Shown piece by piece: positions 1-8,969 of a DNA stretch of 42,108 bases. Position numbers and translations under genes: made by a program. How positions within the stretch are numbered: the stretch's first letter is position 1; each line of letters begins with the position of its first letter. The stretch covers positions 1 through 42,108 of the forward strand of contig JABDBU010000002.1 of the NCBI GenBank assembly GCA_013288455.1. Reading direction: 5' to 3'. The notes below the pieces were generated by a model. That model did no database searches and was not told the DNA's origin. It saw nothing but the letters and a program-made list of their open reading frames with translations. The stretch is from Gammaproteobacteria bacterium (GTDB lineage Bacteria; Pseudomonadota; Gammaproteobacteria; Diplorickettsiales; Diplorickettsiaceae).

Positions 1-249
1 GAAGCGAATTACCTTGCAATTATTTGTTTAGGTGCTGTCATTCGTGGAGACACCGATCACTATGATTATGTCTGCCAGCAAGTCAGTTATGCCTGTCAAA
101 AAGTAGCACTAGAAGAAAGCATTCCTGTCATATTTGGTGTACTAACTACTGATAATGAGGAACAAGCCCTTGCTCGCATCAGCAAAGGTACTGAAGCCGT
201 CGATGTCGCATTAACTATGGTGTCCGTGTTGGATCAGCTTGAAAATTAA
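1..249 (+). CDS. ribH: 6,7-dimethyl-8-ribityllumazine synthase, C-terminal 82 codons (5' end lies outside the window)
   Basis: Frame 1 is open from base 1 to TAA at 247-249. The translation ...[55 protein letters not shown]... carries the conserved RibH blocks GAVIRG-T-H-x-YV and P-V/I-x-FGVLT. It is absent from the ORF track because it has no start codon in the window. Confidence 0.85.
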   Translation, partial: EANYLAIICLGAVIRGDTDHYDYVCQQVSYACQKVALEESIPVIFGVLTTDNEEQALARISKGTEAVDVALTMVSVLDQLEN

Positions 250-325
250 GGGAGGCCGCGCCCCCTGACAGGCGCTTCCATTGACGCATTACCATACAGC
301 GTTGATAGTTTAGGAAACTACGATT

Positions 326-1072
326 TCAATTTGACGAAATATATTTTTCACGTCGAATAATGTCTGAAGGGAAGCCGTGACTATTAACGAGGAGTGAAAA
401 AACTTCGTCTACCATGTTTGGATTACCGCACAGATAAACAATGTCATGCTGAGGATTAGGATCAATATCACTGAAGGCCGCTAACACATACCCCATATAT
501 TCGTAAAGTAGTAATGGTGTTTCTAAATGGAATCGACTGTAATAAGCACGAAACGTGAACCAAGGATTTTTTTTAGCAAATTCCGTAAATTCATCTCGGT
601 ACAGCAGATCCTGCGGTTGGCGTACACCAAACAATAGGATCACTTCAAAACAAGGACGTTGTTCAAATCGTTTTGCAAGCTCAGATAACATGGTTCGATA
701 CGGCGTAACACCTGTACCTGTCGCCACCAGGATATAACGCATGGGCTGTTCATCTTTCAATATCAAACGACCAAAAGGTCCGGCAGCAACCACTGTATCA
801 CCCACTTGCATCGTAAATAAAAGGTCACTTGCCGTGCCATCTGGTACGTATGAAGCCGCAAACTCTATCCTATCACTTGCTTCATGGCTGCGATTAGCAA
901 TGCTATAGCTGCGCCGTAAGACCTTCTCCGCGGTAGGAATGTACAAAGTAATAAACTGGCCTGGAATAAAACAGACGGCTTCTCTATCTTCACGACAAAA
1001 GGTAAGGTGCTTCACAGCAGGAGCAATCTGCTGACTTTCAACCAACACAAGCGTAAATTCTTTTCCAGCCAT
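326..1072 (-). CDS. fpr: ferredoxin/flavodoxin-NADP+ reductase (FAD/NAD-binding oxidoreductase)
   Basis: 248 aa, the same size class as E. coli Fpr. It has the FAD-binding motif RSYSIAN and the NAD(P)-binding motif ILVATGTGVTPY. Confidence 0.8.
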   Translation of the reverse strand: MAGKEFTLVLVESQQIAPAVKHLTFCREDREAVCFIPGQFITLYIPTAEKVLRRSYSIANRSHEASDRIEFAASYVPDGTASDLLFTMQVGDTVVAAGPFGRLILKDEQPMRYILVATGTGVTPYRTMLSELAKRFEQRPCFEVILLFGVRQPQDLLYRDEFTEFAKKNPWFTFRAYYSRFHLETPLLLYEYMGYVLAAFSDIDPNPQHDIVYLCGNPNMVDEVFSLLVNSHGFPSDIIRREKYISSN

Positions 1073-1162
1073 AAGTGGGGTAGTCTAATCAGCCAGATTC
1101 GCTTCGTCAAAGCGTTTTTCAATTTTTCCGTGCTAAGATGCCAGCAGCAATCTGCGTTTTTA

Positions 1163-1192
1163 TAGACATTTTTAGACATTTTTAAAATTTTT
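1163..1192. repeat. three 10-bp-phased T-tract units (TAGACATTTT TAGACATTTT TAAAATTTTT) in the fpr/helicase divergent intergenic region
   Basis: Read directly: the first two units are identical, and the third keeps the T-tract phase. The position is about 160-190 nt upstream of the helicase start. Confidence 0.6.
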
Positions 1193-1353
1193 TTAACCAA
1201 CCACCTCGATGATACAATACCTTTCTTTATTATCAGCAGTGCAATTTTGGGTAGCTTCATACATTGTCTATCTTTTGTCCAAGGAGCCTGTTAAAATGGC
1301 TACTCCCGAGCTAAAGCTGTTACTTGGCTCATTATTAAGCCAGGAAACTTTTA

Positions 1354-2694
1354 GTGAATTTTGAAAAATTTGGGTTAGACCGTCGTGTTTTTTTAGGCAT
1401 ACAGGCTTTAGGATACAAAGCTCCAACTCCCATCCAAGACCAAGCCATTCCACTTATTTTACAAGGTCATGATATTGTTGGTTTAGCACAAACAGGGACC
1501 GGAAAAACGGCTGCCTTTATCCTCCCTGTACTTCACCAATTATTAGCGGGCCCAAGAGGTCGGCTACGTGCACTCATCATTGTACCAACACGTGAGTTAG
1601 CTGAGCAAATACAGGAAACGATTCGACAGCTAGGTCGTGAAACTGAATTACGAAGTACAACCCTATATGGCGGCGTTAGTCTACTAAAACAATGCCAAAG
1701 CTTACGTCGCGGCATCGATGTCATCGTTGCATGTCCGGGTCGCTTGCTCGATCATATTCATCGAGGCAATATCGACTTTGCTGATCTGAAAGTGTTGGTG
1801 TTGGATGAAGCCGACCAAATGTTTGATTTTGGTTTTTTTCCAACACTACGTAAAATTCTACAGTTTTTACCTAAAAAACAACAAAGACTGTTTTTTTCAG
1901 CAACCATGCCAAAAGCTGTGCAAGGACTAGTGAACGAGCTTCTACATAACCCTATTCCAATACAAATTGGGCAGCTTGATCCAGTAAGTACCGTTGAACA
2001 AAAATTCTATCCAGTGACAGAAGCGCTCAAAACGGAGCTATTGATAAAACTATTGCAGATCAATGCAATGGAATCTGTATTGATTTTTACACGTACCAAG
2101 CGTCGCGCCAAGCAACTTGCCGAGCATCTCGAAGCAATCGGTCATAGCGCAACTTCCTTTCAGGGTAACCTATCACAGGGCAAGCGCCAGATGGCACTCG
2201 AGCGATTTCGTAATAAAAAATTAAAAATCTTAGTTGCCACCGATATTGCAGCACGCGGCATTGATATTACCCATGTTTCTCACGTAATTAATTTCGATAT
2301 GCCTGGTACCACGGAGGCCTACACACACCGCATTGGCCGTACCGGCAGGGCTACCAAATTAGGTGCCGCCTTCACGCTGATCACTCCCAGCGACGGGCGC
2401 CAGATGCGCTCTATGGAACGACAGTTCAAGCAAATTTTGCAAAAATGCATCATTCCAGAATTTAATTACCACGCAGTACCAAACACTTCTATGGCTCTCT
2501 CCAAAGCCCATGATAACCATAGCTCGAGACAACAGCAGATTTTAGTAGCACGGACGTATAATACCTCAAGACAAATCAATTTACACAATAACAATACCCA
2601 TCAAAAAAATAGCACGAGGCACGGTTCACACAGTGGACATTTTCAAAAAAGTAACACCAAGCCTCTGCGCACGACCTTCAACGACAATAGGTAA
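1354..2694 (+). CDS. rhlE: ATP-dependent DEAD-box RNA helicase, RhlE-like, with a basic low-complexity C-terminal tail
   Basis: The Q motif, AQTGTGKTAAF (motif I), VLDEADQMF (DEAD), SAT and HRIGRTGRA (motif VI) are all present. The start is GTG at 1354, preceded by AGGAAA. Confidence 0.9.
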   Translation: MNFEKFGLDRRVFLGIQALGYKAPTPIQDQAIPLILQGHDIVGLAQTGTGKTAAFILPVLHQLLAGPRGRLRALIIVPTRELAEQIQETIRQLGRETELRSTTLYGGVSLLKQCQSLRRGIDVIVACPGRLLDHIHRGNIDFADLKVLVLDEADQMFDFGFFPTLRKILQFLPKKQQRLFFSATMPKAVQGLVNELLHNPIPIQIGQLDPVSTVEQKFYPVTEALKTELLIKLLQINAMESVLIFTRTKRRAKQLAEHLEAIGHSATSFQGNLSQGKRQMALERFRNKKLKILVATDIAARGIDITHVSHVINFDMPGTTEAYTHRIGRTGRATKLGAAFTLITPSDGRQMRSMERQFKQILQKCIIPEFNYHAVPNTSMALSKAHDNHSSRQQQILVARTYNTSRQINLHNNNTHQKNSTRHGSHSGHFQKSNTKPLRTTFNDNR

Positions 2695-2825
2695 AGAAAA
2701 AAGCGGCCCTGAGACTATGACTATCCTAGCATTGGAATAGAATTGGAAAATTTTTGTTTTCATTTAACAACAAACTATTGTAGGATCGATCGTTAAGAGA
2801 GCGCTATTTTTTTAAAAAAATTTCC

Positions 2826-3698
2826 ATGAAGCCTTTTAACACACCTGAAAATCGGATAAAAATCAGGCTTGCCGAAATGCTCAAAGGTGGTGTCATTATG
2901 GACGTAACCACCGTCGAGCAAGCTCGCATTGCTGAAGCAGCAGGTGCCTGTGCCGTCATGGTTCTGGAACACGTTCCTGCGGATATTCGTAGAATGGGTG
3001 GTATAGCACGCATGGCTTCACCACAAATTATTCAAGAGATCATGAAAGCTGTTTCTGTTCCAGTCATGGCCAAGGTACGTGTTGGCCACTTTGTAGAAGC
3101 GCAGATTCTACAAGCACTTAACGTTGATTTTATCGATGAAAGTGAAGTGTTGACGATTGCTGATGATGAAAACCATATCGATAAACAAGCTTTTCGTGTT
3201 CCCTTTGTCTGTGGTTGTCGAGATCTTGGCGAAGCCTTGCGACGCATCGCGGAAGGCGCCTCCATGATACGAACTAAAGGTGAAGCTGGTTCTGGTAATA
3301 TTCTAGAAGCGGTTAGGCATATGCGAGCCATTATCCGTGAAATCAAACAACTTGCTAGTTTGAAAAGTGAGGAGCTTTTTTCCTCAGCAAAAACTCTCAA
3401 TGCACCCTTAGAGCTAGTGCAGTGGGTTGCTAAGCATGGCCACTTACCAGTCCCACATTTCTCTGCTGGTGGCGTGGCAACACCAGCCGACGCGGCATTG
3501 TTACGCCAACTCGGTGCAGAAAGCGTGTTTGTGGGTTCGGGAATTTTTAAATCTACCGATCCTGAAAAACGTGCGAAAGCGATCGTCATGGCAACTACGC
3601 ACTTCAACGATCCCACTATCTTACTAAGCATTTCTATGGATTTACGGGAAGCGATGGCCGGCTTTCAGGCCATCTTAAAAGAAGCCGATACTGTTTAA
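2826..3698 (+). CDS. pdxS: pyridoxal 5'-phosphate synthase, lyase subunit PdxS
   Basis: 290 aa. GGVIMDV, the [13 protein letters not shown] block and the LPV[15 protein letters not shown] block are typical of PdxS/SNZ. Confidence 0.95.
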   Translation: MKPFNTPENRIKIRLAEMLKGGVIMDVTTVEQARIAEAAGACAVMVLEHVPADIRRMGGIARMASPQIIQEIMKAVSVPVMAKVRVGHFVEAQILQALNVDFIDESEVLTIADDENHIDKQAFRVPFVCGCRDLGEALRRIAEGASMIRTKGEAGSGNILEAVRHMRAIIREIKQLASLKSEELFSSAKTLNAPLELVQWVAKHGHLPVPHFSAGGVATPADAALLRQLGAESVFVGSGIFKSTDPEKRAKAIVMATTHFNDPTILLSISMDLREAMAGFQAILKEADTV

Positions 3699-3714
3699 GC
3701 GTGTCTTGAAAAAA

Positions 3715-4329
3715 ATGAAAATCGGTATATTAGCATTACAAGGTGATTACTCCGTCCATGCTACCGTCCTGCAACAGCTTAATGTTGATCATTTTTTAGT
3801 GCGAAATCCTAAAGAATTGGCTGATGCAGATGCCTTGATTCTTCCAGGTGGTGAAAGTTCTGTGCTAATCAAGCTATTGCAGGAAAACGGTTTGTGGAGT
3901 GTATTGGTATGTTATAAAAAGCCCATCCTGGGAACATGTGCTGGCGCCATTTTGCTAGCAGCAAAAGTGTCATCTCCTGAACAGATGACACTGCATTGTA
4001 TAGGCATAAGTATAGAAAGAAACGCCTATGGCAGACAATTATCCAGCCAAGTAACGACGGGTACTTGCTTGCTAACACAGCGCGAAATAGAGATGGTCTT
4101 CATTCGGGCTCCAAAAATCACAGAAATCAATAAAAAAAGTGTCCGTATACTCGCCACAATCCGCAATCAGCCTGTGGCAGTGCAAGAAGGACATGCCATT
4201 GCTGCCACCTTTCACCCAGAATTAAGCGCAGACAATACCTTACACACTTATTTTGTTAATTTAACCGAACGATACCTCAGCAAAAGTGCTGAAAGCCCGC
4301 TCAGCAATGATATGACGAGGCATGCGTAG
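3715..4329 (+). CDS. pdxT: pyridoxal 5'-phosphate synthase, glutaminase subunit PdxT
   Basis: MKIGILALQGD..., the catalytic GTCAG and a C-terminal FHPEL are present, and it lies immediately downstream of pdxS. The track start at 3706 is TTG; ATG at 3715 gives the canonical N-terminus. Confidence 0.9.
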   Translation: MKIGILALQGDYSVHATVLQQLNVDHFLVRNPKELADADALILPGGESSVLIKLLQENGLWSVLVCYKKPILGTCAGAILLAAKVSSPEQMTLHCIGISIERNAYGRQLSSQVTTGTCLLTQREIEMVFIRAPKITEINKKSVRILATIRNQPVAVQEGHAIAATFHPELSADNTLHTYFVNLTERYLSKSAESPLSNDMTRHA

Positions 4330-5824
4330 GCGGCTGTGCCTCAAAAAGTTTGACGGCATAACTACAAGCATCAGCAAGATCATCGGTGTCTGAGTGCTTT
4401 TTAAAAAATGCTTGGCTAGATTCAGCTCTTCCAGGTCTACTATCGAATTGTCCGTGTTGAATAACCTGACTCACTTTTATAAAAAAATTATCCTGGCTCC
4501 CTCTGCTCTGAGTTTCATTGTCAGCAGAAGAAGCCATGCTACATAATAATTCATCATAATAGGTTACAAAAATTGCAGAACGACCTCTTTCTTTAGAATC
4601 ATGCGGTAATGTCTGCTCATCTTCTTGTAAGCTCTCTACTGCATCGAGAATGAAGCCTGCCAGCTTATGATTATCACTACCTCTATATCTATATAAAACT
4701 TGAGCAATACTCCAAACTATCTCCTCCTGCTTGTCGCATGCCTTTTTATTTTCCCAGCAGGTGACAGATTTAGCCTTTGCTTCTAATTTCAGCCACTTAA
4801 CACTGCCTTCCTTCAAAAGATAAATTACATTCTCTTCAGGCTTGTTAGGATTTAAATAATTGGCCCGAGATTTACGCCAATAATAATCATGCGTCTTGGT
4901 CTCAACCCACGCATTATTCTTTGGCGTGAGACCGATTGGCGTTGGATCGGCTACTTTTTTGTTATCAAAGTGATCATAAACCGATTTTGTTGCATCGACT
5001 AAAAGATAGACTATTATCAAAGCACCCCATAGCACCGGGGCAATACCAGGAAACGCAGTACTGACGACTATTACTGTGCAGAACAAAACCAAAGATAACA
5101 GCCCAAATGCACAACATTTTCCAAATCGTTTGATTGCAGCGTCATATTCTGCTTTTACAGTAGCATCCTTATTACCTACTTTGTGCCGCTGATAAACAAG
5201 ATTGAGAAGATAAGCAATCGATGCAACGATCACTACCAATGCAATAACTATGGATAGCCAGCCAGCGAGGCTTGACAAGACACCTATCGCTCCTAACGGT
5301 CCCTGTAAAAAACAAGTAGCTCCTGTCATACAGCAACCAATTATTACCAGCACACTATGTTTTACCAGGTTGTCAAAATATTGATCACGTCTCCATTTAT
5401 CTTCTGGCCGACGCATATCGGCCCTAGCATGAGTAAAGCAACTAAAAAGGAAAACGACGCAGCTATCTCCTAATTTCACAAGACCGTAGATCAAAAAGAC
5501 AGCCAACACTCCGCCGGGAATAGATAGTGCAGCACAGCAGAAGCCAATGGCAATAACGGAAATTACCACCTTCACTACTGAAAACAGAAACTTCCTGGTT
5601 TCTCCAATATTTTTGTTGCGTGTTTTAAAAATGTAAATGTATATGCGCAGCGCAGCCCTGACACCATGGGAAACATAAACAAGGGGAATACAAAAAAATG
5701 GGAGAAAAATAACAAATTTTAGAGCACTAAACCCGCGCTTGAAGAGCAAAGCAAGCAAACGCCAGAACTCAAAGCTATGAACACGGTTGTACCACACTCT
5801 GCTGACCTCCATCAAATACGCCAA
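4301..5824 (-). CDS. hypothetical polytopic membrane protein: N-terminal ~300 aa with many hydrophobic segments, C-terminal ~200 aa soluble, no family recognised
   Basis: A long uninterrupted ORF (507 aa) in an AT-rich genome with several clear hydrophobic helices. Its 3' end overlaps pdxT convergently by 29 nt. The start codon is not verified. Confidence 0.6.
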   Translation of the reverse strand: MAYLMEVSRVWYNRVHSFEFWRLLALLFKRGFSALKFVIFLPFFCIPLVYVSHGVRAALRIYIYIFKTRNKNIGETRKFLFSVVKVVISVIAIGFCCAALSIPGGVLAVFLIYGLVKLGDSCVVFLFSCFTHARADMRRPEDKWRRDQYFDNLVKHSVLVIIGCCMTGATCFLQGPLGAIGVLSSLAGWLSIVIALVVIVASIAYLLNLVYQRHKVGNKDATVKAEYDAAIKRFGKCCAFGLLSLVLFCTVIVVSTAFPGIAPVLWGALIIVYLLVDATKSVYDHFDNKKVADPTPIGLTPKNNAWVETKTHDYYWRKSRANYLNPNKPEENVIYLLKEGSVKWLKLEAKAKSVTCWENKKACDKQEEIVWSIAQVLYRYRGSDNHKLAGFILDAVESLQEDEQTLPHDSKERGRSAIFVTYYDELLCSMASSADNETQSRGSQDNFFIKVSQVIQHGQFDSRPGRAESSQAFFKKHSDTDDLADACSYAVKLFEAQPPTHASSYHC

Positions 5825-6003
5825 CGATGGATACGAGAAACTTACTTACATAAGGCCTCTTAACCATCGTCTCGTCCACTTGAGTAAGTAGCCTAAGACG
5901 CGTGTATTATATTTAGTTTTTTTCAAAAATCATTAAAGAAAACTTAAATCTATTCCTATTTTTGGTTACAAAATTTTGTTAAACTTTTAAAATTCCTTAT
6001 TTT

Positions 6004-7257
6004 TTGAAAAAAGCCGTGCGATTAATATCCCCCACTCCTATTTTCGACAGCCTGGCATTCTCTGATCCCAAATCATCTGTTCAACATTTGAACACACAAA
6101 TAACACAATTTCCTTTTGCTGAAGGGGACTTTAGGCAAGCATTGCAATTTCTCTACAGCTATCGGGGTAGCGATGCAACATTCACTGCCTACCGCCGCGA
6201 AATCGAACGCTTATTGCAATGGAGCTGGTTCATCGCCAAAAAGTCCATCAAAGAAATCCGACGTGAGGATTTTGAAGCGTTTATCCTATTTTGTCAAAAG
6301 CCGCCGAAACACTGGATTGCTACGAAAACAGTCGCTCGATATGTAACGCATCTCGATCTAAAAAAACCACATCCAGATTGGCGACCCTTTGTCGCCACAG
6401 TAAAAAAGATAGCTAGTCGTGAAGGCACGTTACCTGAAATAAAAAAATACAGTTTATCACAGAAGACATTACAAGCTATTTTTGCTATTTGCGGGAGCTT
6501 TTATAATTATCTCATTCAAGAAAGCTATATCGACTTTAACCCTGTTACCCAGATTCGCCAAAAAAGCAAATTTATTCGACAGCAAAACACGAAGATGATT
6601 ATCCGCCGATTGAGTGAATTACAGTGGTCTTATGTTGTAGAAACGACAGAAATGCTCGCAAAACAATTTCCAAACATTCATGAAAGAAGCTTGTTCATCA
6701 TACGGGCCTTGTATGGTATGTATCTACGCATTTCGGAATTAGTCACTTCGTCGCGCTGGCAACCACAAATGGGTCATTTTCAAAAGGATATTGATGGTAA
6801 TTGGTGGTTTATGACCGTAGGCAAAGGTAATAAGGAACGCTTGATCAGTGTCAGTGATGATATGTTAAATGCATTGAAACGCTATCGGATCCATTTAGAC
6901 CTCAGCCCATTGCCTAGTCGTGGCGAAAGCACTGTGCTGATCAAAAAATCAACGGGTAGTGGGCCAATCACCAGTACACGCCAAATTCGTAGCATTGTCC
7001 AGATATGTTTTGACACGGCTTTTGATCGAATGGTAAAGGATGGGTTACAGGAGGATGCAACGGAATTAAGAGCAGCAACGGTGCACTGGTTACGACATAC
7101 TGGTATTTCTGAAGATGTGAAACATAGACCGCGTGAACATGTTCGTGACGATGCCGGCCATAGTTCCAGTGCCATTACAGATAAATATATTGATGTGGAA
7201 ATGCGCGCGCGGCATGCCTCAGCAAAGAAGAAAAAATTAGACCCCTTGGCAAGGTAG
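6004..7257 (+). CDS. tyrosine site-specific recombinase (phage-integrase family)
   Basis: The catalytic set is visible: LRISEL (Arg I), GKGNKER (Lys), HWLRHTG (His-x-x-Arg), GHSSSAITDKYID (His/Tyr nucleophile). The N-terminus has a SAM-like core-binding region. The start is TTG at 6004 or GTG at 6016. Confidence 0.85.
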   Translation: MKKAVRLISPTPIFDSLAFSDPKSSVQHLNTQITQFPFAEGDFRQALQFLYSYRGSDATFTAYRREIERLLQWSWFIAKKSIKEIRREDFEAFILFCQKPPKHWIATKTVARYVTHLDLKKPHPDWRPFVATVKKIASREGTLPEIKKYSLSQKTLQAIFAICGSFYNYLIQESYIDFNPVTQIRQKSKFIRQQNTKMIIRRLSELQWSYVVETTEMLAKQFPNIHERSLFIIRALYGMYLRISELVTSSRWQPQMGHFQKDIDGNWWFMTVGKGNKERLISVSDDMLNALKRYRIHLDLSPLPSRGESTVLIKKSTGSGPITSTRQIRSIVQICFDTAFDRMVKDGLQEDATELRAATVHWLRHTGISEDVKHRPREHVRDDAGHSSSAITDKYIDVEMRARHASAKKKKLDPLAR

Positions 7258-7349
7258 TCTTTGCCTGCGTCGCACATACCCTTTCACGCAACGATTATTC
7301 TCATGCTTCACTGGAATAAAAATAACCTCTCGTGGCGCCATGTCAATGA

Positions 7350-8303
7350 TCAAATCCATTCTTGTGGCGTTAAAAATTTTTCCGTTAATTCTAACTCACG
7401 AGAACCAGGTGCTGCTTGCCAATTATATTGCCAGCTTGCCTGTGGTGGCATAGAGGTCAAAATAGATTCAATACGGCCATCACTTTGCAAACCAAATAAA
7501 GTTCCTCTGTCATAAATCAAATTAAATTCCACATAGCGACCGCGACGATAGGCTTGAAACTGCCGCTCTTGTTCTCCATAAAGTTTAGCTTTGTGTCGTC
7601 GTAGAATGGGGATATAGGCTGGTAAAAAGTGATCGCCGACGCTTTGTATGAAAGCGAAGCAGGTCTTAAAATCCCACTGGTTAACGTCATCGAAAAAAAT
7701 ACCGCCTATACCACGCGACTCTTTTCGATGCTTGAGATAAAAATAGGAATCGCAATTTTTTTTATATTGTAGGTAAACATCCTGGCCGAATGGATCGCAA
7801 GCTTGTTTCGCTGTACGATGCCAATGTTGACAATCTTCCTCAAAGGCGTAGCAAGGTGTGAGATCAAACCCTCCACCAAACCACCATATTGGCCCCTTGT
7901 CATCGGCTTGTTTAAGTACAATAAGGCGTAGGTTCATATGAACGATTGGCACATAGGGATTGCGTGGATGCACCACCAAAGACAGACCCATGGCTTGAAA
8001 TGGCACGGCAGTTTTACATTGAGGATACCGTACAGTGGCACTGGGAGGTAATTTTTCGCCGACAATATGTGAAAAATTCACCGCCGCCCGTTCTATTAAC
8101 TGACCTTCTGCTAGAACGCAAGTTTTTCCGCCTCCGCTTTTAGCGTGCAGCCAATCATCCTGTATAAATTCTTCCTGACTATCTTCCTTTTCTAAGGCCA
8201 AACAAATATCTGCTTGTAATTGCAGCAAATAATCTTGGACAGCAGGGATAATTAGTTCATAATTCACGATAGATTTTTGATTTTTATACGCTACCAGAGT
8301 CAA
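7350..8303 (-). CDS. hemF: oxygen-dependent coproporphyrinogen III oxidase
   Basis: 317 aa with the HPRNPYVPIVHMN, WWFGGGFDLTP and RRGRYVEFNLIYDRGTLFGL blocks characteristic of HemF. Confidence 0.9.
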   Translation of the reverse strand: MTLVAYKNQKSIVNYELIIPAVQDYLLQLQADICLALEKEDSQEEFIQDDWLHAKSGGGKTCVLAEGQLIERAAVNFSHIVGEKLPPSATVRYPQCKTAVPFQAMGLSLVVHPRNPYVPIVHMNLRLIVLKQADDKGPIWWFGGGFDLTPCYAFEEDCQHWHRTAKQACDPFGQDVYLQYKKNCDSYFYLKHRKESRGIGGIFFDDVNQWDFKTCFAFIQSVGDHFLPAYIPILRRHKAKLYGEQERQFQAYRRGRYVEFNLIYDRGTLFGLQSDGRIESILTSMPPQASWQYNWQAAPGSRELELTEKFLTPQEWI

Positions 8304-8311
8304 TAGCCATA

Positions 8312-8734
8312 ATGGTTTGGATTAAAGCCTTCCACATCATTGCCATGGTAGCCTGGTTCGCTGGTCTGTTCTACCTTCCTCGCTTGTTCGTCTATCACGC
8401 GCAAGCGCTGGACAGGATCAGTCTTGAACGATTCAACATGATGGAGCATAGACTATATTACTTTATCATGGCTCCTGCTGCCTTTATAACAATCGCCTTA
8501 GGGATTCTACTTCTCAGTCATTCGCCTACCTACTATTTACACGCGCGCTGGATGCAAGCAAAGCTACTCTGCGTGCTATTACTCATTACTTTTCATCTTT
8601 ACTGTGGAAAATTACACAGCGACTTCAAACAAGAAAAAAACCAACACTCTGCCTTGTTTTACCGGTTTTTCAATGAATTCCCCACCTTGGTGCTAGTTGT
8701 CATCACTTTACTTGTAGAAATCAAGCCAGATTAA
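8312..8734 (+). CDS. hemJ: protoporphyrinogen IX oxidase, HemJ family (UPF0093 membrane protein)
   Basis: 140 aa. The N-terminus WIKAFHIIAMVAWFAGLFYLPRLFVYH is the HemJ signature. It is divergent from hemF with an 8-nt gap. Confidence 0.85.
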   Translation: MVWIKAFHIIAMVAWFAGLFYLPRLFVYHAQALDRISLERFNMMEHRLYYFIMAPAAFITIALGILLLSHSPTYYLHARWMQAKLLCVLLLITFHLYCGKLHSDFKQEKNQHSALFYRFFNEFPTLVLVVITLLVEIKPD

Positions 8735-8780
8735 GTGAATCCTTTGAAAAACAGCGTCGACCGATCCAAAACTAGATTGT

Positions 8781-8966
8781 TTAGATCACCACCATTTCAA
8801 AATCTTCCTTCATTGCGCCACATTCAGGACAACGCCAGGTGGGAGATACATCCTCCCAAGCGGTGCCCGGAGGAATACCGTCCTCTGGCCAGCCCTTTTC
8901 CTCTTCGTACACGTACCCACAGAGTAAACACATGTACTTTCTAAATATTTTACCATTTTCTAGCAT
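8781..8966 (-). CDS. rubredoxin
   Basis: 61 aa with two CxxC pairs (CLLCGY..., CPECGA) and the WxxxPxxWxCPxC pattern. The start lies 3 nt after the ftsY stop. Confidence 0.9.
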   Translation of the reverse strand: MLENGKIFRKYMCLLCGYVYEEEKGWPEDGIPPGTAWEDVSPTWRCPECGAMKEDFEMVVI

Positions 8967-8969
8967 TTT

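Noticed and set aside
258-275. GCGCC-N8-GGCGC hairpin between convergent ribH and fpr as a bidirectional terminator
   Set aside because: The stem is only 5 bp and neither strand has a flanking U-run, so this is too weak to call.
1012-1453. ORFs 1012-1260(-) and 1268-1453(-) in the fpr/helicase intergenic region
   Set aside because: They overlap the ends of well-supported genes, have low-complexity Lys/Leu-rich composition and match no family. They are likely chance ORFs in the divergent promoter region.
3032-3631. Long antisense ORFs inside strong genes (for example 3032-3631 opposite pdxS, 6882-7277 opposite the recombinase, 32583-32996 opposite ileS, 9697-9990 opposite ftsY, 39035-39323 opposite the L,D-transpeptidase)
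   Set aside because: These are shadow ORFs on the strand opposite highly conserved coding sequence, with Ser/Arg/Cys-rich unnatural composition.
5823-5892. Block-wise complementary segments (CGATGG/CCATCG, ACGAGA/TCTCGT, CTTACTTAC/GTAAGTAG) upstream of the 507-aa ORF
   Set aside because: The blocks are complementary individually but occur in the same order rather than reversed, so they do not form one coherent hairpin. Each is short enough to be chance.
5825-6003. tRNA gene or att site next to the tyrosine recombinase
   Set aside because: No T-arm (GGTTCGAATCC-like) or cloverleaf-compatible sequence is present here, at 7258-7349, or anywhere else I scanned in the window.
4670-6200. Shared peptide LY-x-YRGSD in the 507-aa membrane protein (VLYRYRGSDNH) and the neighbouring recombinase (FLYSYRGSDAT)
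   Set aside because: The underlying DNA is not similar and there is no extended alignment around the motif. I treat it as coincidence.
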